NCBI GenBank assembly: GCA_044070495.1
Contig: JBIPSI010000030.1
Location: 1 to 64,000 of the forward strand
Origin: Spirulina sp.
Lineage (GTDB): Bacteria > Cyanobacteriota > Cyanobacteriia > Phormidesmidales > Phormidesmidaceae
Length of the DNA: 64,000 nt
Direction of reading: 5' to 3'
The first letter of the stretch is position 1; every line of letters starts with the position of its first letter. Positions 1 through 10,691 of the stretch are shown one piece after another. The notes below the pieces were generated by a model. That model was not told where the DNA came from, did no database searches, and saw only the letters and a program-made list of their open reading frames with translations. A program made the translations under genes and the position numbers.

Positions 1-202
1 CGTCAGGGTAAAAATGCCGTCGATGAGCTCTTTGGGCTCATCGACTCTTCAGGGTGCTCGCCCCCTCCCCTTCTGCCTAGATAATCCTACGGCTCTGGAG
101 GCTTTCTCATTAAGCCTCACTTATCGCTGTGACTAATTACCTCAGACAGAAGATCACAAGATCAAAGATCAAAAACTCTCAGCCACAACCACAGAGCCTT
201 CA

Positions 203-439
203 GTGCAGACAACAAATGCACTATCTTCAATCAAGATATACTGTATGCACCTCATGACTTACAGCAAAAATAGACCAGCAAAGCAGGATACGTTGCTAAA
301 CAGCATTAGAAATAAGTTTAAAGACAATCCTGAAGAGGTGGTTAAAGTGTTTAACACATTGAAATCAAAAGGCGCAGTCAAAATCACGGAAAACAAAGTG
401 TCTTACGATAGCAAAAAGATCCAAGAATTGGCTAAATAG
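203..439 (+). pseudogene. AT-rich ORF resembling the C-terminal part of PIN-like domain proteins, probably a fragment
   Basis: KNRPAKQDTLLNSIRN...L...G motif. The window begins with RQGKNAVD in another frame, reminiscent of the GKNA-D motif of the same family. Confidence 0.3.
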
Positions 440-579
440 ATTTTTGCGAAAACAATAAAAGTCCTGGTTCAACTACCCCGAAGAACCAGGACTCTTGAGC
501 GGAGAGTCTCCATCCGTCTCAAGCTGTATCGGTGCTGGGGCGATGTAGAGATGCCGCATAGCACCAGAAATATTTGTAA

Positions 580-798
580 GTAGGGTGGGCATTGCCCACC
601 ATCAAGAAAACTTGTAAACCAGGATTTTTACGGCAAAACTGGAGTGCAAACCAGTTTTTATCAAAAATGTTCCGGTTAATCAGGATGTCCCCACGGTTAG
701 GGTGAGCGGCTCTGGATGGAGAAACTCACCTCAACCGTGGGGGTAAGGTGGGCAATGCCCACCCTACGGGGAAGTAAGGTGAGCGGTGCCCACCTTAC
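580..798. repeat. Cluster of GTAG-type REP palindromes and a long hairpin downstream of psaB
   Basis: GTAGGGTGGGCATTGCCCACC (580-600), GTAAGGTGGGCAATGCCCACCCTAC (743-767), GTAAGGTGAGCGGTGCCCACCTTAC (774-798). Hairpin CCCCACGGTT...AACCGTGGGG at ~688-742. Confidence 0.8.
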
Positions 799-811
799 GG
801 GGGAGCCTCGG

Positions 812-3040
812 TTAGCCGAAGCGGCTGGAGGTGGAGGCGATGAGGAAGGCGGCGTAGGTAACGATGTAGCCCACGGTGAAGTGTGCTAGACCAACCACGC
901 GAGCCTGCACGATGGACAGGGCCACGGGCTTGTCCTTCCAGCGAACCAGGTTCGCCAGGGGAGTGCGCTCGTGCGCCCACACGATGGTTTCGATCAACTC
1001 CTGCCAGTAGCCCCGCCAGGAGATCAGGAACATGAAGCCCGTCGCCCAGATCAGGTGGCCGAACAGGAACATCCAGGCCCAGACGGCGAGGTTGTTCATG
1101 CCGTAGGGGTTGTAGCCGTTGATGAGCTGCGAGCTATTCAGCCACAGGTAATCGCGGAACCAGCCCATCAGGTAGGTGGAGTTTTCGTTGAACTGGGCGA
1201 CGTTGCCGCTCCAGAAGGTGAGATGCTTCCAGTGCCAGTAGAAGGTGGTCCAGCCGATGGTGTTGAGCATCCAGAACATCGCCAGGTAGAAGGAATCCCA
1301 GGCGGAGATGTCGCAGGTGCCGCCACGACCAGGGCCGTCGCAGGGGAAGCTGTAGCCGAAGTCCTTCTTGTCGGGCATCAGCTTGGAGCCACGGGCATCC
1401 AGGGCACCCTTGACCAGAATCAGGGTGGTGGTGTGCAGACCGAGGGCAATGGCGTGGTGAACGAGGAAGTCGCCAGGGCCAATGTTGAGGAACAGGGAGT
1501 TGGTGCCGCTGTTGATGGCATCCATCCAGCCCGGTAGCCACACGTTGCCGAAGTTGGGCCAAGCCGTGGTGGCGATGCTGTCGGGGTTCGACAACAGGGT
1601 GTTGAACCCGTAGAGCAGTTTGCCGGAGGAGGCTTGTACCCACTGGGCAAACACAGGTTCCACCAGGATTTGCTTTTCGGGGGTGCCAAAGGCGACCACC
1701 ACATCGTTGTGGACGTACAGACCTAGGGTGTGGAAGCCGAGGAACAGCGACACCCAGCTCAGGTGGGAAATCAGCGCTTCCTTGTGCTCCAGCATCCGAG
1801 CCAGCACGTTGTTTTCGTTGGCCTTAGGATCGTAATCCCGCACCAGGAAGATCGCCCCGTGGGCAAAGGCTCCTACCATCAGGAAGCCAGCGATGTACTG
1901 GTGATGGGTATAGAGAGCGGCCTGGGTCGTATAGTCCTTGGCGATGAAGGCGTAGGAGGGCAGCGAGTACATGTGCTGCGCCACCAGGGAAGTCACCACA
2001 CCCAAACAGGCTAGGTGCCAGCCGAGCTGGAAGTGCAGGGAGTTGTTGTAGGTGTCGTACATGCCCTTGTGGCCTGCCCCAATCATGCCGCCAAAGGGAG
2101 TTCCCGGCGGGGGATTGTGGGCTTCCATGATGGTCTTCATGTCATGGCCGATACCGAAGTTCGTCCGGTACATGTGGCCTGCGACGATGAACAGCACCGC
2201 AATGGCTAGGTGGTGGTGGGCAATATCCGTCAGCCACAGGGCTTCGGTTTGGGGATGGAACCCACCCAGGAAGGTGAGGATGGCATCGCCGGAACCCGTT
2301 GCCGTGCCAAAGATGTGGCCAGGGGTATCGGGATTCTGGGCATAGACCCCCCACTGCCCGGTGAAGAAGGGCGCAAGACCCGCCGGGTGGGGCTTCACCG
2401 AGAGGAAGTTATCCCAACCCACATGCTGCCCCCGCGCTTCGGGGATGGCGACGTGGATCAGGTGGCCCGCCCAGGCCAGGGAGCTAACCCCAAATAGACC
2501 CGCCAGGTGGTGGTTCAGGCGGGATTCCGCATTTTTGAACCAGGCCAAGCTGGGCCGATACTTGGGCTGGAGGTGCAGCCAGCCCGCAAACAGCATCACC
2601 GCCGCCAGCACCAGCAGGAACATAGCCCCGCTGTAGAGGTCGCCGTTGGTACGCATACCGATGGTGTACCACCAGTGGTAAACCCCGGAGAAGGAAATGT
2701 TAACCGGATAGCTTGCCCCGGCCTGGGTGAAGGCATCCACAGCCGGTTGGCCAAATTGCGGATCCCAAATCGCGTGGGCGATGGGCTTCACGCCGAGGGG
2801 GTCTTTCACCCATTGTTCAAAGTTGCCTTGCCAGGCGACATGGAACAGGTTGCCCGAAGTCCACAAAAAGATGATTGCCAGGTGGCCGAAGTGGGAGGCG
2901 AAGATCTTTTGGTAAAGATTCTCCTCCGTCATGCCGTCGTGGCTTTCAAAGTCGTGGGCGGTGGCAATCCCGTACCAGATCCGCCGTGTGGTCGGATCGG
3001 CTGCCAAGTCCTGGCTAAATTTAGGGAATTTAGTTGCCAT
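812..3040 (-). CDS. psaB: Photosystem I P700 apoprotein A2
   Basis: [13 protein letters not shown] start; [14 protein letters not shown] motif; 742 aa. Confidence 0.99.
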   Translation of the reverse strand: MATKFPKFSQDLAADPTTRRIWYGIATAHDFESHDGMTEENLYQKIFASHFGHLAIIFLWTSGNLFHVAWQGNFEQWVKDPLGVKPIAHAIWDPQFGQPAVDAFTQAGASYPVNISFSGVYHWWYTIGMRTNGDLYSGAMFLLVLAAVMLFAGWLHLQPKYRPSLAWFKNAESRLNHHLAGLFGVSSLAWAGHLIHVAIPEARGQHVGWDNFLSVKPHPAGLAPFFTGQWGVYAQNPDTPGHIFGTATGSGDAILTFLGGFHPQTEALWLTDIAHHHLAIAVLFIVAGHMYRTNFGIGHDMKTIMEAHNPPPGTPFGGMIGAGHKGMYDTYNNSLHFQLGWHLACLGVVTSLVAQHMYSLPSYAFIAKDYTTQAALYTHHQYIAGFLMVGAFAHGAIFLVRDYDPKANENNVLARMLEHKEALISHLSWVSLFLGFHTLGLYVHNDVVVAFGTPEKQILVEPVFAQWVQASSGKLLYGFNTLLSNPDSIATTAWPNFGNVWLPGWMDAINSGTNSLFLNIGPGDFLVHHAIALGLHTTTLILVKGALDARGSKLMPDKKDFGYSFPCDGPGRGGTCDISAWDSFYLAMFWMLNTIGWTTFYWHWKHLTFWSGNVAQFNENSTYLMGWFRDYLWLNSSQLINGYNPYGMNNLAVWAWMFLFGHLIWATGFMFLISWRGYWQELIETIVWAHERTPLANLVRWKDKPVALSIVQARVVGLAHFTVGYIVTYAAFLIASTSSRFG

Positions 3041-3126
3041 GAATCAAATCAGGTTTGATGTACGAATGGACAGAAACCGTAATTCGCTGAAATGCGGTGG
3101 TGGAGACGGGTTTGGCCTTGGGTTTA

Positions 3127-3227
3127 GCCCTCACCCCCAGCCCCTCTCCCTTGGGGAGAGGGGGGCCGGAAGGGTTTTCTAGCTTCCCCCTCGCCCCTAG
3201 GGAGAGGGGGACTGAGGGGGTGAGGGC
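3127..3227. repeat. Nested palindromic dispersed repeat in the psaA-psaB spacer
   Basis: GCCCTCACCCCCAGCCCCTCTCCC...GGGAGAGGGGGACTGAGGGGGTGAGGGC; related copy at 50638-50732. Confidence 0.85.
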
Positions 3228-3251
3228 CGTTCCCTGAACCGGACAGTCTCC

Positions 3252-5546
3252 CTAGCCCACCGCAATAATTCGAGCCAGGAAGAAGGCCCAGGTGGTGGCG
3301 ATACCTCCGAGGAGGTAGTGGGCCACACCCACGGCCCGACCTTGGGTGATGCTGAGGGCACGGGGCTGGATGGCGGGGGCCACCTTCAGCTTGTTGTGCG
3401 CCCAGACGATGGACTCGATCAGTTCTTGCCAGTAGCCGCGACCGCTGAACAGGAACATGAGGCTGAAGGCCCAAACAAAGTGGGCACCGAGGAACATCAG
3501 GCCATAGGCCGACAGGGAGGAACCGTAGGAACCAATCACCTGGGAGGCTTGGGCCCAGAGGAAGTCGCGCAGCCAGCCGTTGATGGTGATGGCGCTTTGG
3601 GCAAAGTTGCCGCCGGTAATGTGCGACACCGTGCCGTCTGGGGAGACCGTGCCCCACACATCGGACTGCATTTTCCAGCTAAAGTGGAAAATCACGATGG
3701 ACAGGGAGTTGTACATCCAGAACAGGCCCAGGAAGACGTGATCCCAACCGGACACCTGGCAGGTGCCACCCCGACCGGGGCCATCGCAGGGGAACCGGAA
3801 ACCCAGTTCGCCCTTGTCGGGCACCAGACGAGAGCTACGGGCATAGAGCACGCCCTTCAGCAGAATCAGAACCGTGACGTGGATGGTGAAGGCATGGATG
3901 TGGTGCACCATGAAGTCGGCAGTGCCCAGGGGAAGTGCCGCCATGGCCACCTTGCCGCCCACCGCCAGCACATCGCCATTGAACACAGGGCTAACCCCGG
4001 CCAAGACATTGGGAGCGGTGTTGCCCGCCGCCGCCGCATGGACGCCTTGGATCCACTGGGCAAACACGGGCTGAAGGTTAATCGCCGTATCGGAGAACAT
4101 ATCCTGGGGCCGACCCAGGGCGCGCATGGTGTCGTTGTGGATGTACAGACCAAAGCTGTGGAAGCCCAGGAAAATACACACCCAGTTGAGGTGGGAAATA
4201 ATCGCATCCCGATGACGCAACACCCGATCTAGCAGGTTGTTGACGTGGGTGGCCGGATCGTAATCCCGCACCATAAAGATGGCCGCGTGGGCACCCGCCC
4301 CCACAATCAGGAAGCCGCCAATCCACATGTGGTGGGTAAACAGCGACAGTTGGGTGGCGTAATCCGTGGCGATGTACGGATAGGGGGGCATGGCATACAT
4401 GTGGTGAGCCACGATGATCGACAGAGAGCCCACCCAGGCCAGATTCCAGGCCAACTGGCAGTGCCAGGAGGTGGTGAAGATCTCGTACATGCCCTTGTGG
4501 CCTTCGCCGGTGAAGGGGCCTTTGTGGGCCTCCAGCACCTCTTTAAAGCTGTGGCCAATGCCCCAGTTGGTGCGATAGAAGTGACCTGCCACGATGAACA
4601 GCACCGCCAACGCCAGGTGGTGGTGGGCCGTATCCGATAGCCACAGACCGCCGGTTTGGGGGTTCAGCCCACCCTTAAAGGTGAGGAAGTCGGCATAGAC
4701 ACCCCAGTTCAGGGTGAAGAAGGGCTTCAGACCTTCCGCAAAGCTGGGGTACAGATCCACCATCAGGCTCTTATTGAGAATCCACTCGTGGGGGAGGGGA
4801 ATCTTGGCCACGCTGTCGATTAGCTGGCCGCCGATGGTCAGGGGCTTGCCCGCATCAATGGCGTCCATACAGGCGTTGATGGGCAGAGATACGTGGATCT
4901 GCTGACCCGCATAGCCCAAACAGCCCAGACCCAGCAGACCCGCCAGGTGGTGGTTCATCATCGATTCCACATTTTGGAACCACTCCAGCTTGGGAGCGGC
5001 CTTGTGGTAGTGGAACCAGCCCGCAAACAGCATCAAGCCCGCCATCACCAGGGCACCAATGGCCGTGCAGTACAGCTCAAAGCTGTTGGTAATGCCGTTA
5101 GCCCGCCACATCTGGAACAGACCGGAGGTGATTTGGATGCCGTGGAAGCCACCGCCCACATCGGCATTGAGAATTTCTTGGCCAAAGATCGGCCAGACCA
5201 CCTGGGCGCTGGGCTTAATCCCGGTGGGGTTGGTCAGCCAAGCTTCGTAGTTGGAAAACTTGGCCCCGTGGAAGTACATGCCACTCAGCCAAATAAAGAT
5301 AACAGCGAGGTGGCCAAAGTGGGCACTGAAGATCTTCCGCGAAATATCTTCAAGGTCGCTAGTGTGACTGTCAAAGTCGTGGGCATCGGCGTGCAGGTTC
5401 CAAATCCAAGTGGTGGTTTTGGGGCCTTTGGCCAATGTGCGGTCGAAATGTCCCGGTTTTGCCCACCGCTCAAACGAGGTGGCCACCGGATCCTTATCAA
5501 CCACGACCCTGACTTTCTGTCCCGGTTCAGGGGGACTTATGGTCAT
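3252..5546 (-). CDS. psaA: Photosystem I P700 apoprotein A1
   Basis: [12 protein letters not shown] start; [15 protein letters not shown]; 764 aa. Confidence 0.99.
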   Translation of the reverse strand: MTISPPEPGQKVRVVVDKDPVATSFERWAKPGHFDRTLAKGPKTTTWIWNLHADAHDFDSHTSDLEDISRKIFSAHFGHLAVIFIWLSGMYFHGAKFSNYEAWLTNPTGIKPSAQVVWPIFGQEILNADVGGGFHGIQITSGLFQMWRANGITNSFELYCTAIGALVMAGLMLFAGWFHYHKAAPKLEWFQNVESMMNHHLAGLLGLGCLGYAGQQIHVSLPINACMDAIDAGKPLTIGGQLIDSVAKIPLPHEWILNKSLMVDLYPSFAEGLKPFFTLNWGVYADFLTFKGGLNPQTGGLWLSDTAHHHLALAVLFIVAGHFYRTNWGIGHSFKEVLEAHKGPFTGEGHKGMYEIFTTSWHCQLAWNLAWVGSLSIIVAHHMYAMPPYPYIATDYATQLSLFTHHMWIGGFLIVGAGAHAAIFMVRDYDPATHVNNLLDRVLRHRDAIISHLNWVCIFLGFHSFGLYIHNDTMRALGRPQDMFSDTAINLQPVFAQWIQGVHAAAAGNTAPNVLAGVSPVFNGDVLAVGGKVAMAALPLGTADFMVHHIHAFTIHVTVLILLKGVLYARSSRLVPDKGELGFRFPCDGPGRGGTCQVSGWDHVFLGLFWMYNSLSIVIFHFSWKMQSDVWGTVSPDGTVSHITGGNFAQSAITINGWLRDFLWAQASQVIGSYGSSLSAYGLMFLGAHFVWAFSLMFLFSGRGYWQELIESIVWAHNKLKVAPAIQPRALSITQGRAVGVAHYLLGGIATTWAFFLARIIAVG

Positions 5547-6010
5547 GGAACTCTCCTCTCTACTACTCGAAACACAGAGCGGATATAAGGCGCTTCCTAG
5601 GATATAGACGTTTAAAAAGTGGGTCTATAGAAAGCTTCAATAGACGGCTTGGGACGATAGTGCCAGCGACAACGGCCCAGGACAAGCGACGGAGGATCCG
5701 TCTACCCATCCCCTCACCTTTGACGGGGAACCGCCCAAGACCTGCTTTCCCGGATCCTTAAAACCGCTTCAGAACAACCCGAAACAGCTCAGAAACCAAG
5801 GTCGGACGCAGGTTAAGTAACAAACTACAGAATCAATGCCGATTTTAGTAAGCGAAATTTTCACAAGTTAATAACTCTGGCCGAATGAAAATTTGAACCA
5901 GGGTTTCTCGTAATCAAGGTCGATTTTTTGTGTAGTTTTATTTTCTTCGGCGAAAGTTTTTTGTTGGCAGATTGGTGCCGACGAGAAACGGCCTTGACCT
6001 AGCACCAGAA

Positions 6011-6200
6011 CCCAACCCGATGGCCTCACACACCTCCAAAGTAGGTTAGGTGCAGCGAAGCGGAACCCAACACCCACCGAGGATTTCGGGCCATATCACC
6101 CAGAAGACTGGTTGACGGACAAAAGAGGCTACATCGGGCGCAAAAACCGTGCCCCTACAGTCTTGGTTTCATGTAGCGAGTAGGGTGGACACCGCCCACC
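6011..6200. repeat. REP-type repeats
   Basis: TCCAAAGTAGGTTAGGTGCAGCGAAGCGGAACCCAACAC is near-identical to the copy at ~19236-19274. GTAGGGTGGACACCGCCCACC at 6180-6200. Confidence 0.75.
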
Positions 6201-6309
6201 AAACCCCAACGGATGGACAAGCAGCCTCCCCGATAGAAGCTTGAGGACGGATTGCCTAACCCATCCCTAAGGCAGGCGCACGTCTAGCCCAATTCGTAGG
6301 AAGATCAAC

Positions 6310-6603
6310 CTAGAGCACCAAGGTGTACCACTGCACATCTAGGGGATGGGCAACGATCTCAGGAATCTCCCGCATCAGTTCCTCTAGGTAGGCGGATCGG
6401 TAGTAGGACTGGAAGGCGGCTTCGTCTTGCCACTCACCGATGGCGGTGAACTCCGCTGGGTTGGCGTTGCCCTGCCAGAGGTCGTAGCGCAGACAGCCCG
6501 TTTCCTGGCGGGCAAGTTCGGTCACTTCCGTCATCAGGCTTTTGAGGAGGGCTTCCTGTCCGGCCTTGGCAATCACTGTGGTAATCGTGCGTACACCGCT
6601 CAT
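6310..6603 (-). CDS. Antibiotic biosynthesis monooxygenase (ABM/putative quinol monooxygenase) family protein
   Basis: 97 aa with the A-E-GCLRYDL...F...EW pattern typical of ABM ferredoxin-like proteins. Confidence 0.8.
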   Translation of the reverse strand: MSGVRTITTVIAKAGQEALLKSLMTEVTELARQETGCLRYDLWQGNANPAEFTAIGEWQDEAAFQSYYRSAYLEELMREIPEIVAHPLDVQWYTLVL

Positions 6604-6767
6604 GGGGGGCTTCCTGTGGTCTTCCTAGGGAATCGCTGGGCCATAGCCATTATGGAAGAAGATGGGCGCTTGCCAACCTCCGATCTATCTCTATACTGAA
6701 GGCTGAACGGGGGACTAAAGCCCACCCCCATGACGACCATGCTGCTGCGTTCTGGTTGCTGCTGCCC

Positions 6768-7715
6768 ATGCTAAGCCGAGTTGCCGATTCCATTTACTGG
6801 ATGAACCGTTATGTGGAGCGGGCGGAAAATGTGGCCCGTTTTGTGGATGTGAACTTGAATCTGCTGCTGGACGCGCCCGTGGGGATGGAGCAGCAGTGGG
6901 AACCGATTGTGATTACCACGGGGGATCAGGAGTTCTTTCGGCAGCGCTACGGCGAGGCTACGGCGGAAAATATCCTCAAATTCCTCACCTTTGACAGAGA
7001 ATATCCCAATTCCATCATTTCCTGCCTGCGGTCAGCGCGGGAAAATGCCCGATCCGTGCGGGAGGTGATCTCCTCGGAAATGTGGGAGCAGGTGAACGAT
7101 TTCTATTTAATGGTGAATGAGGCCGCCGATGTGGGGCTGCTATCGGAACTGCACAACTTTTTCCCTGAGGTAAAAATGGCCAGTCACCTCTTTGCCGGGG
7201 TGATGGATGCCACCATGGCCCACAACGAAGGCTGGCACTTTGGCCAGTTGGGGCGTTTGTTAGAGCGGGCTGACAAAACCGGGCGCATCCTGGATGTGAA
7301 ATATTACATTTTGCTGCCTGCTATTACTGATGTGGGGTCGCCCCTGGATGACCTTCAGTGGATTGCCCTGCTGAAGTCCGCCAGTGCCTACGAAATGTAT
7401 CGCAAGCGCCAGTACCGCATTACCCCCCGTGGCGTCACCGAATTTCTGATTTTAAACCGCGAATTTCCCCGTTCCATCCTGTTTTGCCTGCTCCAGGCCG
7501 AGCGATCCCTCCACGAAATTTCCGGCGCGGCCCCCGGCACCTGGCGCACCGACAGCGACCGCGCCCTCGGTCGGCTGCGTTCAGAACTGGACTACCTCAC
7601 CATCGACGAAATTACCCAGCAGGGGCTGCACGAATTCCTGGACAACCTCCAGCTTCGCCTCAACGATGTGGGCGAAAAGATCTTCTCCGACTTCTTTGCC
7701 CTAGACAAGGTTTAG
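6768..7715 (+). CDS. Alpha-E domain (DUF403) protein
   Basis: MLSRVADSIYWMNRYVERAEN and second repeat GRLLERADKTGR; ATG at 6768. Confidence 0.92.
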   Translation: MLSRVADSIYWMNRYVERAENVARFVDVNLNLLLDAPVGMEQQWEPIVITTGDQEFFRQRYGEATAENILKFLTFDREYPNSIISCLRSARENARSVREVISSEMWEQVNDFYLMVNEAADVGLLSELHNFFPEVKMASHLFAGVMDATMAHNEGWHFGQLGRLLERADKTGRILDVKYYILLPAITDVGSPLDDLQWIALLKSASAYEMYRKRQYRITPRGVTEFLILNREFPRSILFCLLQAERSLHEISGAAPGTWRTDSDRALGRLRSELDYLTIDEITQQGLHEFLDNLQLRLNDVGEKIFSDFFALDKV

Positions 7716-8017
7716 CGGACGACGACTGGGTAGGGCGTTGGGCAAGGCGAGATCCGGTAGGGCTGGCGCTAGATCTGCGGTGGACGCTCCCCCCCAGCCA
7801 ATCCTGAGTCCCTCGTTTTGGGTAGAGCGGCTTGTCCAGAACGGTGCCGATCCTAGGGCTAGGGAACTCAACCCCTTGAGAACCCTTGAGAAATCGACAC
7901 TCCGGCGAATGTTAAGGACTGTGTTGATTTCCTCAGGTTACTCCAGTGGGCGTCAGGCATTCCCGTATGATCGTTTCCAAAGTTTGTAAATTTTCCTAAG
8001 ATTCTGGAGATTCAAAC

Positions 8018-8779
8018 GTGTCTCTTCCGTTACTAAACTATTCTCCGTCCAGCCAAAACCAGCGGGTTGCCGATATCGACGTGGGCGGCGACCGTCAGCC
8101 CCGGATGTTCTCCACCGATGACGTTTTCAGCGGCACCGGAATGGATGCCCTGATCGAGGCGGCCTATCGGCAGATGTTCTTCCACGCCTTCAAGTGTGAT
8201 CGTCAGATCTTCCTGGAGTCTCAACTGCGGAACGGGCAAATCACCGTGCGTGACTTCATCCGAGGCCTGGCTCTGTCCCCCACGTTCTACAACAGTTTCT
8301 TTGCCAAAAACAGCAACTACAAGTTTGTTGAGCACTGCGTCCAAAAAATCCTGGGCCGCGAAGTGTACAACGAGCGCGAAAAGATTGCCTGGTCCATCGT
8401 TGTCGCCAACAAAGGCATTCAGGGCATTGTCGATGCCCTGCTCGATAGCGAAGAGTACCTGACCAACTTCGGCTACAACACCGTGCCCTACCAGCGTCGT
8501 CGGGTGCTGCCCGGTAAGGGTGAAGGCGATCTGCCCATCCACATCAGCAACCCCCGCTACGATGCCTACCACCGCAACCAACTGGGCTTCCCCCAAATCA
8601 TCTGGCAGTCCCAGGTCAAGCGGTTTGTGCCCCAAGACAAGAAGGCCACCGCTGGCAACCCCAGCCTCTTCCTGTCCATGGCCCGCAACATTGGCGCAAC
8701 GGGTGCGGCTCCGGCTCGCGTGTCCGTAGGCGACATCAACATCGCCAGCGCTGTACCCTACCGCAAGCTATCTGACTAG
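8018..8779 (+). CDS. cpcG: Phycobilisome rod-core linker polypeptide
   Basis: [15 protein letters not shown] start; PBS linker domain ([19 protein letters not shown]); hydrophilic C-terminus argues for CpcG rather than CpcL. Confidence 0.93.
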   Translation: MSLPLLNYSPSSQNQRVADIDVGGDRQPRMFSTDDVFSGTGMDALIEAAYRQMFFHAFKCDRQIFLESQLRNGQITVRDFIRGLALSPTFYNSFFAKNSNYKFVEHCVQKILGREVYNEREKIAWSIVVANKGIQGIVDALLDSEEYLTNFGYNTVPYQRRRVLPGKGEGDLPIHISNPRYDAYHRNQLGFPQIIWQSQVKRFVPQDKKATAGNPSLFLSMARNIGATGAAPARVSVGDINIASAVPYRKLSD

Positions 8780-8800
8780 ATGCTAAGGTCGGTGTTACCC

Positions 8801-8836
8801 CAAAAAGAGAGTCGTCTACGGACGGCTCTCTTTTTG
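8801..8836 (+). terminator. Intrinsic terminator after cpcG
   Basis: AAAAAGAGAGTCGTC-TACG-GACGGCTCTCTTTTT hairpin followed by a U tract. Confidence 0.75.
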
Positions 8837-8887
8837 TTTGGCTAACGCTTATACATAAGTCCCTATTCCACTGGGTTCCTAGGGTTT

Positions 8888-8965
8888 ATCCCCCCTAGCC
8901 CCCCTTACACAAAGGGGGGAATCGCAGTCAAAGTCCCCCTTTGTGTAAGGGGGATTTAGGGGGAT
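8888..8965. repeat. Nested palindromic dispersed repeat
   Basis: ATCCCCCCTAGCCCCCCTTACACAAAGGGGGGA...TCCCCCTTTGTGTAAGGGGGATTTAGGGGGAT. Confidence 0.85.
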
Positions 8966-9178
8966 CTCCGAGGCTAAAAAAAAATCCCTCGGTTTGCCGA
9001 GGGATGGGCTTTGGTGTATCTACCATTCACCTGATGTCTTAGACGGCCTCAGGACTAAAAGGTTGCCTCAATAAGAGCACTTCCTCCTAATTCCTAGGCT
9101 CCGACTGGGAACCTCCCCAGGGGCTGCTCCAATAGCGAGGCTCCAGCCTCGCAGAGGGCACCCAGGCGCGAGAGGGCC

Positions 9179-9892
9179 TTAATTGCCCCCACCCACCCCC
9201 TGGAGGAAGGCGGCTTGTTCTCGCAGGGAGTTGGCCCATTCTACATCACCTTCTGCCTCGATTAAATCGGCGGCCTGCTCGAAGTCGGCAACGACGGATT
9301 GACGGGCGGCGGCAGGGATATCCTCTGGGCCTTCAATGGCTGGCCCTTGTTCTAGATAGACCTGGCCAAGGGTGGCTTGGGCGCGACCTAGGTAGCCGAT
9401 AGACTGATCGGGTGCTAGGGCAATGGCGGTGGTGTAGGCGGCGATGGCTTCGGTATAGCGCTCAGCGTTGGTGAGGGCTTCGGCTTCGGCTAGGGCAACT
9501 TCATACTCGGTGGCAAAGCGCACAACCAGGTCAAAATCACCGCCATTGCCCGAATAGGAACGGGCCACCACGCGGTAGGTGCCATCGGCGGGCAGCTCGG
9601 CCACAATGCGCGAATTGAGGCTACCGCCAAAGTCATCGTTGAAGGCGATTTCCTCCCCGATGGAGTTTTGCAAAGACAGCACCGGGTCAAAGTCTTCGCT
9701 CTCTAGGGTAATGGTGACGACTTGCCCAGCTTGGCCTTCAAAGGTATGGATAGATTCGGCGGGGACGATGGTGCCCCCCGTTTCCAGCAGAGATTCCTGG
9801 GCTTTGACGGGCGCTGTGACCAAGCCCATCCCTAGGCTCGATGCTAGGGCCAATAGGGTAATCAGGGATCGAACGGGTCGCCGCAACGCCAT
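9179..9892 (-). CDS. Secreted PPC (pre-peptidase C-terminal) domain + TPR protein
   Basis: Signal peptide ending VKAQ; HTFEGQAGQVVTITLESEDFDPVL...NDD; TPR-like AIAAYTTAIALAP. Confidence 0.8.
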   Translation of the reverse strand: MALRRPVRSLITLLALASSLGMGLVTAPVKAQESLLETGGTIVPAESIHTFEGQAGQVVTITLESEDFDPVLSLQNSIGEEIAFNDDFGGSLNSRIVAELPADGTYRVVARSYSGNGGDFDLVVRFATEYEVALAEAEALTNAERYTEAIAAYTTAIALAPDQSIGYLGRAQATLGQVYLEQGPAIEGPEDIPAAARQSVVADFEQAADLIEAEGDVEWANSLREQAAFLQGVGGGN

Positions 9893-10079
9893 GGTGCCTC
9901 CGGGGGTGAATCTTGCCCCTGCACCTTAGCATAGGCCGATTTCTACCATGACCCCCTTGGGACAAACCGTAAGGTGTCTCTGGATATGCTAAAACCATGG
10001 CAGTTTCGGCTAGGGGATCTTCAAGCCTGGATAATATCTCCGCCCATACCCAATCCGAAGCGGAAAACCCCGATTCCTA

Positions 10080-10123
10080 ACCCCATCTCCCCATCCCCCC
10101 ATCTCCCATCCCCCTATCTCCCC
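10080..10123 (+). repeat. Short tandem C-rich (STRR-like) repeat
   Basis: CCCCATCT/CCCCATCC-type units repeated about five times just before the ATG at 10124. Confidence 0.7.
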
Positions 10124-10414
10124 ATGTACCGCCTCCCTTCCTTGGCCATCGGTGCCAGCCTTCTCCTCGCAAGCCCTGCCTTGGCCCTGCCCCCACCAGA
10201 GGACACCCCAGAGGAAATTCTGCGTACCGAAATTATTACCGAGGCGCGATCTCCCCTGACCGGAGAACCCCTGTCGGCGGCGGACTATGCCGTTTTAATG
10301 GAGCAGCTTCAGGATCCTAACCGTAACCCCCAGGTCAGCCCGGAAGTTGCCCAACTCATTGCCCTCTTGCAGTTCCGGCGGGTATTCAAGCCCATCCTCC
10401 CGTTTATTCGCTAA
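10124..10414 (+). CDS. Small exported hypothetical protein of cyanobacterial type
   Basis: Signal peptide PALA followed by LPPPEDTPEEILRTEIITEARSPLTG; upstream ORF extension is repeat-derived. Confidence 0.75.
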   Translation: MYRLPSLAIGASLLLASPALALPPPEDTPEEILRTEIITEARSPLTGEPLSAADYAVLMEQLQDPNRNPQVSPEVAQLIALLQFRRVFKPILPFIR

Positions 10415-10691
10415 GGGTAGAAAAAATACGAAGGCGAAAACCCCTCATCGGTATCAAAAATTTCCCGGTGGAAATCACTAAGTTTTGTTAATCTATTTCG
10501 CAGATAGTAAACTCACGCCAATCTGAGGACTTACACGGTTCCTGAAAACGGTTGCCGGGGTTCAAGGCTGATCCCAGAACGCCGGGTTGCGGGGTAAACT
10601 CCTAACAGCGCACGGTACTGACAGCACTGGCACCAAGGTTAGGGCATCGGGCACCTCAGGCTGCGTCATCATCACCTGTGGACTTTAAAAT

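Noticed and set aside
8018..8779. cpcL (PSI-associated linker), suggested by proximity to psaAB
   Set aside because: No C-terminal hydrophobic helix.
9974..10123. Pro-rich N-terminal extension of the 9974-10414 ORF
   Set aside because: Translation of a C-rich tandem repeat; a signal peptide begins at ATG 10124.
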